A stretch of 64,000 nt of DNA, taken from the NCBI GenBank assembly GCA_964016885.1, contig OZ024763.1, forward strand, positions 25,420,001 through 25,484,000, written 5' to 3'. How positions within the stretch are numbered: the first letter of the stretch is position 1; each line of letters starts with the position of its first letter. Below the pieces are notes generated by a model. That model did not search any database. It saw only the letters and a program-made list of their open reading frames with translations, and was not told the origin of the DNA. The DNA comes from Eledone cirrhosa (Eukaryota). The position numbers were made by a program, and so were the translations under genes. Below, in pieces: positions 13,499 through 26,974 of this stretch.

Positions 13499-13578
13499 CA
13501 GGGTGACCCCCCCAAAATGCATACACATATTTATAAGAATATTGTTGAAGCGTGTATACATTTTGGGGGGACACCCTG
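13499..13578. mobile_element. Tc1/mariner-type MITE
   Basis: TA-CAGGGTGACCCCCCCAAAATG ... CATTTTGGGGGGACACCCTG-TA. Confidence 0.8.
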
Positions 13579-13877
13579 TATATGATACATAAACTAAATA
13601 AATAAAACTCATAAATTAACCTTCTGACCCCTGGTGGTATTTCTTTCTTAGTAGGAGGAAACAACTGGTCACTACCAAATAGAAATTTAAGTGCCAGAGG
13701 GAAGGAGTGATGCTATTGATCAAACACAAGCCAGGAGTATCATCTGCCCCTCTCCTGTACTGAAGGAGTCTACCAGTGTTGATGTTTATACCAACAGGTT
13801 TGTTATATCTGTATTATCTATACATATTAGTATATTGGTCAAGTAGTATATTTGATTCTTATTTATATATATATCTT

Positions 13878-14336
13878 TTCATACGTCTGAGTTTTCCTGC
13901 TTGCAAGGGTGGGACGGGTCCTATTCAGCACAGCATCTCTCCATCGTCACTGTCCTTCGTCGTCATCTGTGAGTTTCAGCGATCTGAGGTCAGCTCTCAC
14001 CACTCCCGCCCATGATTTTCGTGGTCTTCCTCTACTGCATCTTCCTTCTACTGGGATTTCTTGGCACTTCTTTACCCAGCGGTCATCCTCCATGCGCATC
14101 ACATGTCCATACCATCGCAGTCTTCTCTCCTGCACACCACAACTTATCCCTCTTATACCCAGTTTCTTTTTCAACTCGTCTATACTTGGTCGTTCACACA
14201 CATTGACATTGCACATCCAACGGAGCATGCTTGATTCATTTCTCTCCAGCCGTCGCATATCCTCCGCAGTTGCTACCCATCTCACACAGGCATCATATAA
14301 CTGGCTTTTCGTTCGTAGGGAGAAACCCTTTGTCAA
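13878..14336 (-). mobile_element. RTE-clade LINE 3' fragment
   Basis: Peptide ERNESSMLRWMC..RRLRWYGHVMRM..RGRPRKSW is a typical RTE RT C-terminus. A second copy lies at 32770-33005. Confidence 0.85.
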
Positions 14337-14393
14337 CAGAATGATATAGAAATGACTTCTACAGGACTAGAACTTTCATTTCAAGGAAATCGG

Positions 14394-14445
14394 GGCTTTC
14401 CTGATGATTTCCTTCGAATGAAATATTTCTAGTCCTGTAGAAGCT
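14394..14445 (+). ncRNA. Type-I hammerhead ribozyme motif, family A
   Basis: ggctttc-CTGATGA-tttccttcgaat-GAAAtat-ttctagtc-ctGTA-gaagc. Core intact, stem III partly mutated. Confidence 0.65.
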
Positions 14446-15083
14446 ATTTCTATATTATATTTTGTATATACTCTACTAATGTATTGAGTACTTTACCTAT
14501 TGTGGTTTCCCCCTCGATTGAACCAGAGACTCTCTCACACACATAATATATATATATATATATATATATAATCACAATTTAATGTCCATTTTTCTACGCT
14601 AGCATGGGTTAGACGAGTTGTCCTATTGTGGGCAATGCCAGGTCAGGTGACCATGTCTTGCTCATACAGAACTGATCTTGGCTTCGCTTTAACAGCTGGA
14701 AGCCTTTCAAAACGCTAACCTCATTTACAGTGAGTACTGTTTATTTTGTATGTAGTGACCCCTACACCTTGGTCAAAATCAGTGACTCCTACACCTTGGT
14801 CGGAGCAGTGATCTCTAGTTTTCTTTCAAACTATATTTTTTTTCTTAAATTTAATTAAAAGAAATTTTATGAGATTTAGTTTCGGATAATTCTGTTTACA
14901 TAAATAGCAAATCTTTTGATAATTTATGTAAAGTAAATATTGTATATACTTGTATATATGTCGATAAATGTGACAAAATATTGATGGTAAAATAGGGAGG
15001 AGGACTTGTCTTCGAGGTCAATATTTTGATTTTACCAACTTAAAAATTATATGTAAATGAGGTGCTAAAATATTTTCGCTTTG

Positions 15084-15970
15084 CACCAGTTTCACTTTGG
15101 AGGTGAATATTACACCAGTTTCACTTTGGAATATTACACCAGTTTCACTTTGGATATATTACACCAGTTTCACTTTGGATATATTACACCAGTTTCACTT
15201 TGCAGGTGAATATATTACACCAGTTTCACTTTGCAGGTGAATATATTACACCAGTTTTACTTTCGATGTGGATATATTACACCAGTTTCACTTTGCAGGT
15301 GAATATATTACACCAGTTTCACTTTCGAATATAACACCAGTTTACACTTTGGGGGTGAATATTACACTAGTTTCACTTTGGAATATTACACCAGTTTCAC
15401 TTTGGAATATTACACCAGTTTCACTTTGCAGGTGAATATTGCACCAGTTTCACTTTGGTGGTGAATATATTACACCAGTTTCACTTTGGAATATTACACC
15501 AGTTTACACTTTGGAGGTGAATATTACACCAGTTTACACTTTGGAGGTGAATATTACACCAGTTTCACTTTGGAATATTACACCAGTTTAAACTTTGGAG
15601 GTGAATATTACACCATTTTACACTTTGGAGGTGAATATTACACCAGTTTCACTTTGGAATATTACACCAGTTTACACTTTGGAGGTGAATATTACACCAG
15701 TTTCACTTTAGAATATTACACCAGTTTCACTTTGGTGGTGGATATATTACACCAGTTTCACTTTGGAGGTGAATATTTCACCAGTTTCACTTTGGAATAT
15801 TACACCAGTTTCACTTTGGAATATTGCACCAGTTTCACTTTGGAGGTGGATATTACACCAGTTTCACTTTGGATGTGGATATATTACACCAGTTTCACTT
15901 TGCAGGTGAATATATTACACCAGTTTCACTTTGGTGGTGGATATATTACACGAGTTTCACTTTGGATGTG
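15084..15970. repeat. Variable 24-32-bp minisatellite
   Basis: Core atattacaccagtttcactttg repeated about 30 times with short variable linkers. Confidence 0.95.
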
Positions 15971-16772
15971 AAATTTATATTTGCTATTATATTTGATGAT
16001 TTTAATGAATATGACCTTGAAATCAATCAGAAAATGGTAACTCATTACATAAAGAAGTGAAATAAAAACTATACTCTAAATGACACTTAAAACATTTTAA
16101 ATATCAAAATATTAAAACTTCATAAATATATTCTCCACTCATGAGAATTTCAAAACTGTCGTCTGTTGATTAGCCACCATGGCTTATAAATGGGGTTTGG
16201 ATTGTCCTATTTCTCAAATAAAAAAGGGATCGGCTTATAATTGAGTATATATAGTAATTAGGGCAAGTTAATTTAGGGTCTTTTAAAGATTGTGTGACTC
16301 CTTTTTACTCCAGTCCACTCATTAACACAGCACATTAAACACTCGCACATACACACAATTACACCACACCCTCGTTACACACCACATACTCCACACATGT
16401 ACTCACACACCATGCCATACACATCACTCACCACACATTATGCTCTACACACCACACATTATACTCTACACAACGCACATTACCTTCTACACACCACACC
16501 ACACGACAACGTCGTACGCCATGCTTTGACGCATAGAATTACGCCCCTTTCCATTCTGAGTTCAAATCCGGCCGAGGTTAACTGTCTTTCATCCTTACGG
16601 GGTCGATAAAATAAATTACCAGTGGGTAATTGTTGGACTTGTGCCAAAAGTAGAAACAATTATATTAGTTTCTGTATATTTTCTATCTTGTGGAGTTATC
16701 ATGTCGAACCATTCCTATAATTGTAAAATCTAAAAGTACTGTCAAACTTTATTTGACATCACAAAAGGGTAA

Positions 16773-17871
16773 GTCTCCCTTCTCTCTCCTCTCCCTTCTC
16801 TCTCCTCTCCCTTCTCTCTCTCCTCTCCCTTCTCTCTCCTTCTCTCCTCTCTCTCCTCTCCCTTCTCTCTCCTTCTCTCCTCTCTCTCCTTCTCTCTCCT
16901 TCTCTCCTCTCTCTCTCCCTTCTCTCCCTCTCTCTTGTTTCACTCCTCTCCCTTCTCTCTCCTCTCCCTTCTCTCTCCTATCTCTCCTCTCCCTCTCTTG
17001 TTTCACTCCTCTCTCCTCCCTCTCTTTCCCTTCTCTTCTCTCTTGTTTCTCTCCCCTCTCTCTTATTTCTCTCCCATCCTTCTCTGTTTCTCTCCCCTCT
17101 CTCTCTCTTGTTTCACTCTCTCCCTTCTCTCTCCCTCCTTTCTCTTTCCGCTCGCTCCTCTCTCTTCTCTCCTCTCTTGTTTCTCTTTCCTCTCTTTCTC
17201 TCTCTTGTTTCTTTCTCTTTCTCTCCCTTCTCTCTACACTTCCCTCCTCTCTCCCTTCTCACTCCCTCCCCCTCCTCTCTCCCTCCTCTCTCCCTTCTCT
17301 CTCTCTTTCCCTCATCTCTCTTGTTTCTCTCATCTCTTGTCCCTCTCTCTCTCTTCTTTCCCTCCTCTCCCCCTTCTCCCTCCCTCGTCTCTCCCCTCCT
17401 CTCTCTCTCTTTCTCTCATCTCTCTTGTTTCTCTCATCTCTCTTGTTTCTCTACTCTCTGCTTCCTCTCTCCCTCATCTCTCCTCCCTATTGTTTCTCTC
17501 CTCTCTCTCGTCTCCCTCCTCTCTCCTCTTTCTTTCTCTCCTCTTCTCTCCCTTTCTCTCATCTCTCTCTCCTTCCTCTCTCCCTTTCTCTCTTGTTTCT
17601 CTCTCCAGTTTCTTGTTTCTCTCCTCTCTCTCGTCTCTCTCTTGTTTCTCTCTCATCTCTCTTCTCTCGTTTCTCTCATCTCTCTCCCCCCCTCTCCGTT
17701 CTTTCTCTCATCTCTCTCCCCCCTCTCTCTCCGTTCTTTCTCTCCTCTCTATTGTTTCTCTCCTCTCTCTTGTTTCTCTCCTCTCTCCCTTCCCCCCTTC
17801 TTACCCTCTTGTTTCTCTCACCCTCCTCTCCTCTCTCTCTCGTTTCTCTCTCCCTCCCTCGTGTTTCTCTC
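16773..17871. repeat. ~1.1-kb CT-rich polypyrimidine tract
   Basis: Directly visible in the sequence. Confidence 0.97.
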
Positions 17872-20430
17872 AGAAGAATTGTGAATATGTAAGAATTGGA
17901 AGATGGCTAACCATGATGAAGCAAAACAGCGAGACGGATAATGGAAATAATAAAACGTTCTTTTTCTTAACTAAATGCTGAAAAATCTAAAACCTTAGGG
18001 GAGACAGGATAATATAAAAACTATTTAAATATTAGTACACTATTCCATATAAATGTCAAGACTTGAAAATATCAACATTAGTTCACTATACCAAGGATAA
18101 ACACTTTGATTAATCTCCAAGTTGTAATTCTAACGAGTGACATGATAGTACAATGGTCATCTCTTCTTATATTTCTATGTATAACATAACAATGCTCCTT
18201 ACATTTATCCCAGGTATATAGAGGGATGTTCCGATGTCCACTGTTTGTAAAATAATGCAATAAGGAAACGCCATCATCCAGTAAACTTTAGTAATACTCC
18301 AATAACGTCTCGGCCGCAATTTACGGTAGAAAATAGTAAGAAAAATAAGTCACACTCAGCAGTTAATGCAGTGAAAACAAACAATATTATTACTAAATAA
18401 TTTCTTACATTCAATAATTCTTTTTCTTAAACACGTAATTTATTTTAAATTTGTCGTATCATATATATATACTGTTTGTGTGTCTTTGTTTGTCAAGTGA
18501 TTGACGGGGAGAAGCCGATCGATTAAATTGAACCTATAAAAATGACTGGTACTCTATTTTTTCTGCTATAAAATTGTAAATTAATATCCACCGAGAACAC
18601 AAAGGTGGTGTAATATCATTTAAAAATTAGAAATTGAGTTATAAATATAAATGTATGTTCAGTGTGTAACGGGGTTATTGGTATTAAGTAACATAAAATG
18701 TCGTTAGGAGTTCAATATTTAGCTGGGGATATAGAATTTCTTTAAATTATTTCTTGTACCAGTAGCGAACTGGGATCGAAACCATTATGTTATTCGGACG
18801 AAAGAAATATACAAGCTTAGCTCAATCTAGTTGGAGTTACGGGACATTACTGCAAAGCACATCACTGTAGGTTCCAATCTTACATTGGTAAATATATAAA
18901 AGTGACATTTAACAATTTATTTGTAAGTCGCACACAGAATTTAGTTATGACAGAGGTTCTCCCTTCATATCGCAAATATTCCTTTCTGACTCACTAAAAT
19001 CTTGTCTTCCATCATCGAGTAAAAGAGATCTACATACAGGTTTTGTCTGATGTTGCTATGTATGTATGTAAGGTCCCATAACTTGAGGGAGTCGTAGAGG
19101 TGCCACATTGACATTCGGAGTGTCGAAAGTATTTTGTGAAAGTTGACATCCCATCTCTACCCCAGATCTGATCACAGGAGTTATTTTTCCGGAGTAGGAG
19201 AACGGAAGTAAGAAGAAACGACTCCCGGTACTACACTGGTACTTCGTTTTATCTACCTCGAATGGAGCTATAGTGGAACATAAACTTTGATGTGCCTATA
19301 TAAGTCATACCTCTTCTGTACGTAAGTGTACGTGGGGTAGCAAGTTCGGTTTTCGTAAGTGTCTCTGTGAGAATTTTCACAAGAGCAAGCACGTGTCCTG
19401 ATGGTATATGTCTGTATATTTACATAGATGTGAGTATATATGAATGTATGGCTGTATATATATTATATATATATCGACTTTCATCAAATCGGACCAAGGA
19501 AACAATGTTTCCATTGGTCTTTCCAATTGCTAATATACTATCTATTGGTCGAATCTCCATATAGAAGTGTGTGTGTGGACATTTATATACATGTATATAT
19601 GAAATCACCCATGTTGGGAAACCCTGGTGTAATCTAAAAACAGGGTGTGGGATTAGCTCTGATTAAATAATTACCCTCCCCCATTTCCCCTTATTTATAG
19701 TCGGTATTGTAAATATCACATAACAACCTTAATATTTAATAATATGGACACGAAAATATAAATGATAATACAGTATTCCAGAAGTAAAATATAGATCTAA
19801 TGGGAAGAGGTGAGTATTATAACTTTAAGAAATAATGATCTAAAGACGAGAGAAATTTCAACAAAATCGTAAGGTACACCAACGAAAATATGTCTACGGA
19901 ATACAGATTAGTAAAATAAATTAGAGCAAATTAATGAGAGGTCACTTAACTTTACATATTTAGTTTTATTTATATCGTGAAAAATGTTGATCTTCAGATA
20001 TTAAATTGGGGATGTGATTGTCTTTACGTGTTTGTTGGAAATCCTTTTTTAATGTTTGTCTTTCTTTAAACATTGTCTTTTTTAAAATATTCATACCTCA
20101 TCGCTGTGGTTCCTTTTGATGGAGTCTACATGTCCTGTTTATTGGTTTTATTTTAAAAGCGATCCATTGGAACATCAGATATTAAAACGAAATATTACGT
20201 AAAAGACACACCTTATGTTTATTCCAGATATTTAGAGAGATGTCCCGATGTCAACAAAATAATACAATAAGAAAATGCCATCATCCAGTAAAACTTGGTA
20301 ATAATCCAGTTTCGTCACAGTCACCATTTACAGTAAACAATGGTAAGAACAAACAAAAACAATTTTACGTATTCAGCAGTGAATACATAAAATAAAATAA
20401 AAACTTTACTGAATAAAATAAATTGTTATA
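17872..20430. repeat. Mosaic of blocks paralogous to 130-8790
   Basis: Approximate matches: 17872-18150 to 5200-5660; 18195-18380 to 2915-3100; 18500-18950 to 145-520; 18950-19735 to 6855-7725; 19725-20425 to 2410-3140. Confidence 0.8.
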
Positions 20431-20622
20431 TATATATATATATACCTATCTCTTTCGCTCTTATATATATATATATATATATAACCAAAAATTAATATGG
20501 TTCATTGATTACTCAATGAATATAGTTTTACAATAGATTAAAAGCTCTCTACAATGAAGTTTTCTGGAGTTATTGATATTATTAAAAATGTTAATAAATG
20601 AAGACATTCACATAATCAAAAT

Positions 20623-20689
20623 ATGTATTATTATATATATTTCGAAGGTACTGTGCTGTTTTTTCAGTACGTCCTCAGATAAAATACAT
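20623..20689 (-). ncRNA. Type-I hammerhead ribozyme motif, family B
   Basis: Reverse complement: atgtattttat-CTGAGGA-c-gtactg..cagtac-cttc-GAAAtatat-ATA-ataatacat. 6-bp stem II, palindromic stem III, bulged stem I. Confidence 0.55.
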
Positions 20690-21104
20690 GAATTGATGTA
20701 TGACATACCTCAACGGTCTTGATGGTTCAATTCCAGTCTTGGCAGTATATATACATATATACACATTCATACATACATATATATATATATAGTGTGTGTG
20801 TGTGCATACATACATCCATACATACATACGGTTTTATTCATACATAAACGTCTCTTTCATTATATTGAAACTCCGGTTGATACATTACCGAGAAAACCCT
20901 AAGCAATACAAATCGTAGAGTGAGTTACGGTTGTTTACAAAAAGGTCGGCCGATTATACGATCAACCAACTTTTATCATCTGAATTATATATATATGGGT
21001 GGGGTATACTCTATGCATGAACATATGTATTGCGTCAATGTAAAATAATCATTTCATTTACCTCTATCATGCCCGTCGTATCCAGTGTATTGTTATAAGA
21101 AAAC

Positions 21105-21510
21105 CGGTGAAACACTAAATATGCCACCTGTGTAGCGATTTTATATTCCCTCTGCTTCATTGTACCACCCTGTAACATGAAACTGTGTTCAAAACCCTGG
21201 GAGGTAGAATTACGTCACTTTAAAATAAACACAGTGTTTTCGATCTTTCTTACTTTTTTTATTCACACTCTACAGTCGCTTTAACTCTGGAATAAAACCC
21301 AACACGAGACGAACGTTAACTGCAGTTACCCACGAAATTAACGCACACACAAATGAATATATATACTACTAAAGTGTATGTAATATTAAAATATAAATAC
21401 TTAAATTGTATAATTACACATACAATATGTTTTGTTGTAAAACCCTAAATAATGATTTAAGAAATGTCAATCTCTTTGTACAGAGAAAAACATTACTTGA
21501 AAACAAAATT
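21105..21510. repeat. Recent duplication, near-identical to 23000-23490
   Basis: Long near-exact matches (ctctgcttcattgtaccacc..; cagtgttttcgatcttt..aacacgagacgaacgttaactgcagttacccacg). The second copy has an extra ~130 bp. Confidence 0.9.
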
Positions 21511-23786
21511 TAAAAACAAATTATATATTTAATTTCACGTAAGTCAAATACAATGTACTTAAATGAATCTGCCAGGACTTTGGAAATAGTGAAATATATA
21601 ATTTTTTTAAATTAAAACTACTTTTCAAAGGAATAAGAAAGATATACACACACACACACATCTCTAGTGGAGATATTTTTGAGATTGGAAACCCTATCGA
21701 TGTACGTATTTTGTCACTGAAAAGTTATAAAAAAATTATTATTATATATACATATATGTGTTTTTGACGTAAGTAAAATGAATCTAAATATCAAGTTTTC
21801 GATACCTGCCAGAGCTTATGAAGTAGTAAAATAATATATATTTTTTTTAAATTATGTCAAACATCGTATATTGTTCTTTATTAAAGAAATGCTAAAATAG
21901 ATTTAAATATATAAAATTTGCACAGTAGAATTACGGGCGTGTGGTAAAGTGCTGGTATCGTTGGTAGTGGTTGTGTATGTAGTGTAGGTTCGAGCCGAAG
22001 GGGAACTAAAAAGATGGCTTCGAGATGATCGTGGCCCCGGGTATCAGAGAAGGTAGAGACCATTCTTTTAAATTAAAAAAATAGAAATATTTAAATTTAA
22101 GATAAAGTAGAAGATCGAAACCTTATCTCCAATCTATACACACTCAATTGATGCATAAATACACCACAACTACCCACACAGCCACCTACAGACCAACAAA
22201 TACGGAGTGAAGATAAGTTAATATATGTATATATTCAATAGAAAATCACTTAAGTCTTTATAGTCTAGTGGTAAGACATAGAACTAGGGAATGCCGTGGT
22301 TGGATTTCGAATCAACTTAAAACAATTTTTTTTAATCCTCACACTGTAAGGAACTTGCTTAATTTGAACACGTAGTCATACCATTTAAAGCTTTACTTTT
22401 ATTTTTCTAGTGGTAAGACAGTCAGCATATAAATAAACGCGATTCATTTCAACACGTTACCATACCATTTAAAACTTTATTTGGAGATAAGACAAAGACA
22501 TATAAATGCACTAAGTAGTAAACCCTTGATTTAACTTGTATGTCTGTTAATATCAAAGTGTCGTTAAATTTAGAAGTCATTTTCATTGTTTTTAATTTAC
22601 AGAAACTCCTTAATATAATACAATATACAAGATATATATATATCAGAAGGAATCATTTTTATTTTCTTGTTCCGTCAAACCATGCGTTTATTCTACACAC
22701 AGACGTCGAAATAATTGCTCGTAGACATAATGAGAAGTGTTGGCTTTGTGGAGATTGATACAAATTTGGGTGATGATACGAGGAGGGGCGAGGCTGTGGA
22801 GGATGTCTTAGTGGAAGAGATGACACCAGAGCAGTAAACACCGAAGATAAGAAATATAGTAATTGAGATGCAATCATAGCATAGTTTAGAATATATATAA
22901 CAAACATATACTATAAATTTAACAAGTCAAACTACAGCTATACTCTAACACAGCAGACAAATAAAACTTTACCTCTTTCATGCAGGTCGTACCGGTGTAA
23001 AACTAAATATGCTACCGGTGTAGTGTTTTTATAGTCTCTCTGCTTCATTGTACCACCCAGTAACATGAAACTGTGTTCAAATCCCTGGGAGGTAGAATTA
23101 CGTCGCTTTAAAATAAACACACCGGGGTCAGTTCGAATATTGATTTCATGTGAAAATATATACATATTACGATTGTACTCCGAGCTATCAATATTGAAAC
23201 AATTCTAATCTACCAATAAAATTTATATATACAGCAACAGTGTTTTCGATCTTTATTACTTTTTTATTCACACTCTACAGTCGCTTTAACTCTGGAATAA
23301 AACCCAACACGAGACGAACGTTAACTGCAGTTACCCACGAAATTAATGCACACACAATATATATATTACTAAAGTGTATGTTAAATTAAAAAATAAATAC
23401 TTAAATTCAATGTATGTATAATTACACATACAATATGTTTTGTTGTAAAACCCTTGTCAATCTCTTTGTACAGAGAAAAACATTAATTTATATATATGCA
23501 TTGTGCGTGCGTATATACTCCATTTAAGACAGCGAAAATACCAGTACCTCCTTCGAAGAATGCCAATTAGTTTATGCCTAAGGGATACCGGTGTAACACT
23601 AATTAAGTTACCGGTGTAGATATTTCAGTTGAACCCTGCTTCAACAAACTCCTCAGTAATTTGAAATCGAGTTCAGAGTGAGGGGTGTAAAACAGAATTC
23701 TGTTTGGAAAATAGAAAATTCTAAACATGCTAGAAATAGCAGCCAAGTGTCGTACTTTGGGTACGAGGTGCGACTCGTCTTACCTC

Positions 23787-23826
<40 letters not shown>

Positions 23827-23897
23827 CGTATGTAGATTCACGGGTCGCGTCGGGGAGAAACCACAATAAATACAATGTACTCAATAGATTGGCACAG

Positions 23898-23930
<33 letters not shown>

Positions 23931-24331
23931 ACATATAAATATATGTGTGTATGTATATATATATATATGTATAAATGTATATATACATATAAATACTTAT
24001 ATATATATATACATATAAATACTTATATATACATAAATATATGTATACACACACAGATACATAGATATATATGTGTGTATATATATATCTGTGTGTCTAT
24101 TTCTATATATATATATATCATTATTACTTAGGTTCTAAAAATTCCGCAATTTTTTGTATCCCAATTTTGGATTTAAGTCAGAGAAGAGTTATCTTTCTTG
24201 GCAAAAATTTCGTTTTTGTTTACATAAAATTTTCTTTTGTTTGAAAAGTTAGAGGGGGAAAAAGAAGAAGTTTTTCAATTTTCTCCACTTCCGGTTTTTT
24301 CTAGTGTACGCTAGAAATAGCAGTCAGAGCA

Positions 24332-24362
<31 letters not shown>

Positions 24363-24496
24363 TTTTTTGTGACAATATATATTGTTTTAACGCTAAATTA
24401 TTGTATTTGCTGGCCTATTGGACGCCCTTCGCATAAGACGCTCACTCAATTTTTATTATATACTTTCAGACGTTCAATCATCTGGCAGGAAGGTAT

Positions 24497-24539
24497 ACGT
24501 TGCTGACGATAGCTAATAAGCTTGAAACTAGTACAGCGT
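24497..24539 (+). ncRNA. Minimal type-I hammerhead ribozyme, family C
   Basis: ACGTTG-CTGACGA-t-AGCT-aata-AGCT-t-GAAA-cta-GTA-CAGCGT. 6-bp stem I, 4-bp stem II, palindromic ACTAGT stem III, GUA cleavage triplet. Confidence 0.78.
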
Positions 24540-25689
24540 TCCTTTGTCAGGGTTGAACAAATGAGCAACGATGGTTGCTAGACACTGTACGGCTTAATTC
24601 GGGATGTTTGTTTACAAACACACCGAGCATAAATGTTCGGTGAATCCATACGTACATATATATATGTGTGCATGTATGTATATATATATACATACTACTG
24701 TACGCCTGTATACATATATGTATGTACGTATACATACTTATATATATTTCTGTATGTATGTATACATATATACATGTGTGTATGTTTATGTACATTCTTA
24801 GGTATATACATATATATTTATACACACATACATCCAAATATATATATGAGTCATGGTTTATTACACATTGGAGACAGAGTGAGAGATTTAGCTGTCATTT
24901 TTAGCAGATTTAGAAACTTCGCAAATGCTTTATTTTTTCTTATTGCCGGTACTCTGAACACGATTTGAAATGACTGGAGTGAGTTTATGAAAGGGTAAAC
25001 TTAAATAGTTGCACCGGTATTTTCGAAACAATCTCTTTCGCATTCGTTTGTAAGAGGTAACGTTTTCTATGCCGTCTCTGTTAGTGTAGAACTGTAGGTT
25101 GACTTGCTTGGTATTTACAACTCTTTGTCAACATGCATATTATTATTATATACTTTCAAACACACTTACATACATTATATTTATACACATATTTTACTAA
25201 GTTTGTATTCTTTCTAATGTGAAGAGATAGAAATAATAAGGTATAAGGATATAACAACAGTATATAATAGTTTTCTCCACTTTATTGAGATGAAAACGTT
25301 TTAAAGAAAAAACATGACAGTATAAGATATATTTAATATCATAACATATATTTCAGGTAGGATGGTCGTTTCTCTTGTCTTCCACCTCTAGTTGTAGATT
25401 CATCATGTTCAGTGAATGTCCTCTAGCCATAATTATGTCGTCGACATATGCATGTTTTATTTCTTCTTGAATGAATTGCAAATCTTGAGGTAGCCTTCTT
25501 GGTATATTTATTAGCTTTAGTACGTGTTTACATTGCTTGTAATAATTCGTACGATTTTTACTTTAGGTGAAACATATATATAAAAATGTCTGTGGCTTTA
25601 GTATACCTTTAAGTTTGATTTCAATAGAAAAATACTTACTGAACATTATGTTTTTTTCGTGTGCTTTTGTTAACAGCTCCTCAATATTA

Positions 25690-26353
25690 GGCATTCGAGT
25701 GATGGGCTCAGGACAACGAACCGGCCTGAAGTTTTTGGTTTCGTTGAAGAAAACTCAACTCCATCTGAAGCACTCGGAGTACTACAGCTAGTATAAGGAG
25801 ATGAGACGATGATGTGCTCACGGGTTTTAGAGTGCCACAAAGGGTTCAAATAACGACGCGAGGTCGTGGAAGACGACCCCAGGAACGTAACGCTTTCAGC
25901 AAGCAGAAATGGACTAAAAGTTGAGCGCGAAAGGCATTGTGGTGCGTAGAGATTTTCGGCTGACTGTTTGACTAATAGCAAGTGAAGTTAGTATAAACCG
26001 CAATAGTGTTTTGAAGATTTTGACACGATGCAGAAGCTGCTGAACGATGACCAGGCGAAGCGGAGCATGCAGGTATGGTCAGGACATCCTCCGGTGTGTT
26101 GAAACCGAACCGGACTTCCCCTCAAATCAAAAGGGTCACTGTGGGACACTTTTTCCTCATGTGGAAGCAATCAAGAAGGCAGTGACGTCAGAGCTGCGGA
26201 CAATACTCGGAGAGTACGTCCAGGAGTTCATAGAGGCGTGGCGGAGAAGGATGGTATAGTGAGTTAGACGCGAGGGGGATTATTTCGGAGGGGAAAACTT
26301 GTAGTTTAGATTGAAAATAGCTTTTTTGCGATCCTAGTCCTTTTTCTGACACC

Positions 26354-26360
<7 letters not shown>
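25690..26360 (+). mobile_element. Internally deleted, inactivated mariner transposase relic
   Basis: Peptides QRTGLKFLVSLKKT, SRVLECHKGFK*RREVVEDDPR (HTH region) and VEAIKKAVTSELRTI..EAWRRRM..EGDYF (C-terminus), with stops and frameshifts; ends ..ctgacaccaccc-TA. Confidence 0.8.
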
Positions 26361-26394
<34 letters not shown>

Positions 26395-26974
26395 AAGAGA
26401 GAGAGAGAAACGAAGTGATACAGAGAGAAAGGCAGAAAATAACTAAAAACAAAAAGAAAATAATTCCAATGGAGGTCACTCTCATTGACAACTTTAGAAA
26501 AGATGTTATGTCAACATCAGTTGTCTCCCTTGCAAAATTTTAAGCTTTTATTTTTCTTTCTTCTCGCTCTCAACGTAACACAAACGTGTGAAAGTATATA
26601 TATATATATATACACATATATCTATGTATATATGTATAAATATATACAACCACTACCACCAACCTCACCCAACAATATACCCTCCCCCTACAACGCTTAC
26701 ACAGATAGACACGGGCTATATGAACGAGAGTAAAATAATAAAACAGGTTGGTCACGATTGGAACGCCTTCCATCCTAATTATCTCTCTCTCGCCCAAGTT
26801 CCGTTAATTTCGTCCACCATCTTCGTAACAAAATTTACGAACATTAAAAATTCCCAATTTGTAAGGGAGATCACTCTAAATGATAAATAAATTAGTCATT
26901 TAGAGTGATATCCCTTGAAAAAGTTTTTTCTTTGTTGTTGGATTTGACATGTTTATTGTCATTCCTCGATCAAT

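Noticed and set aside
15084-15970. Repeat with variable linkers and a 161-aa ORF
   Set aside because: Linkers are only a few nucleotides and themselves repetitive; ordinary minisatellite.
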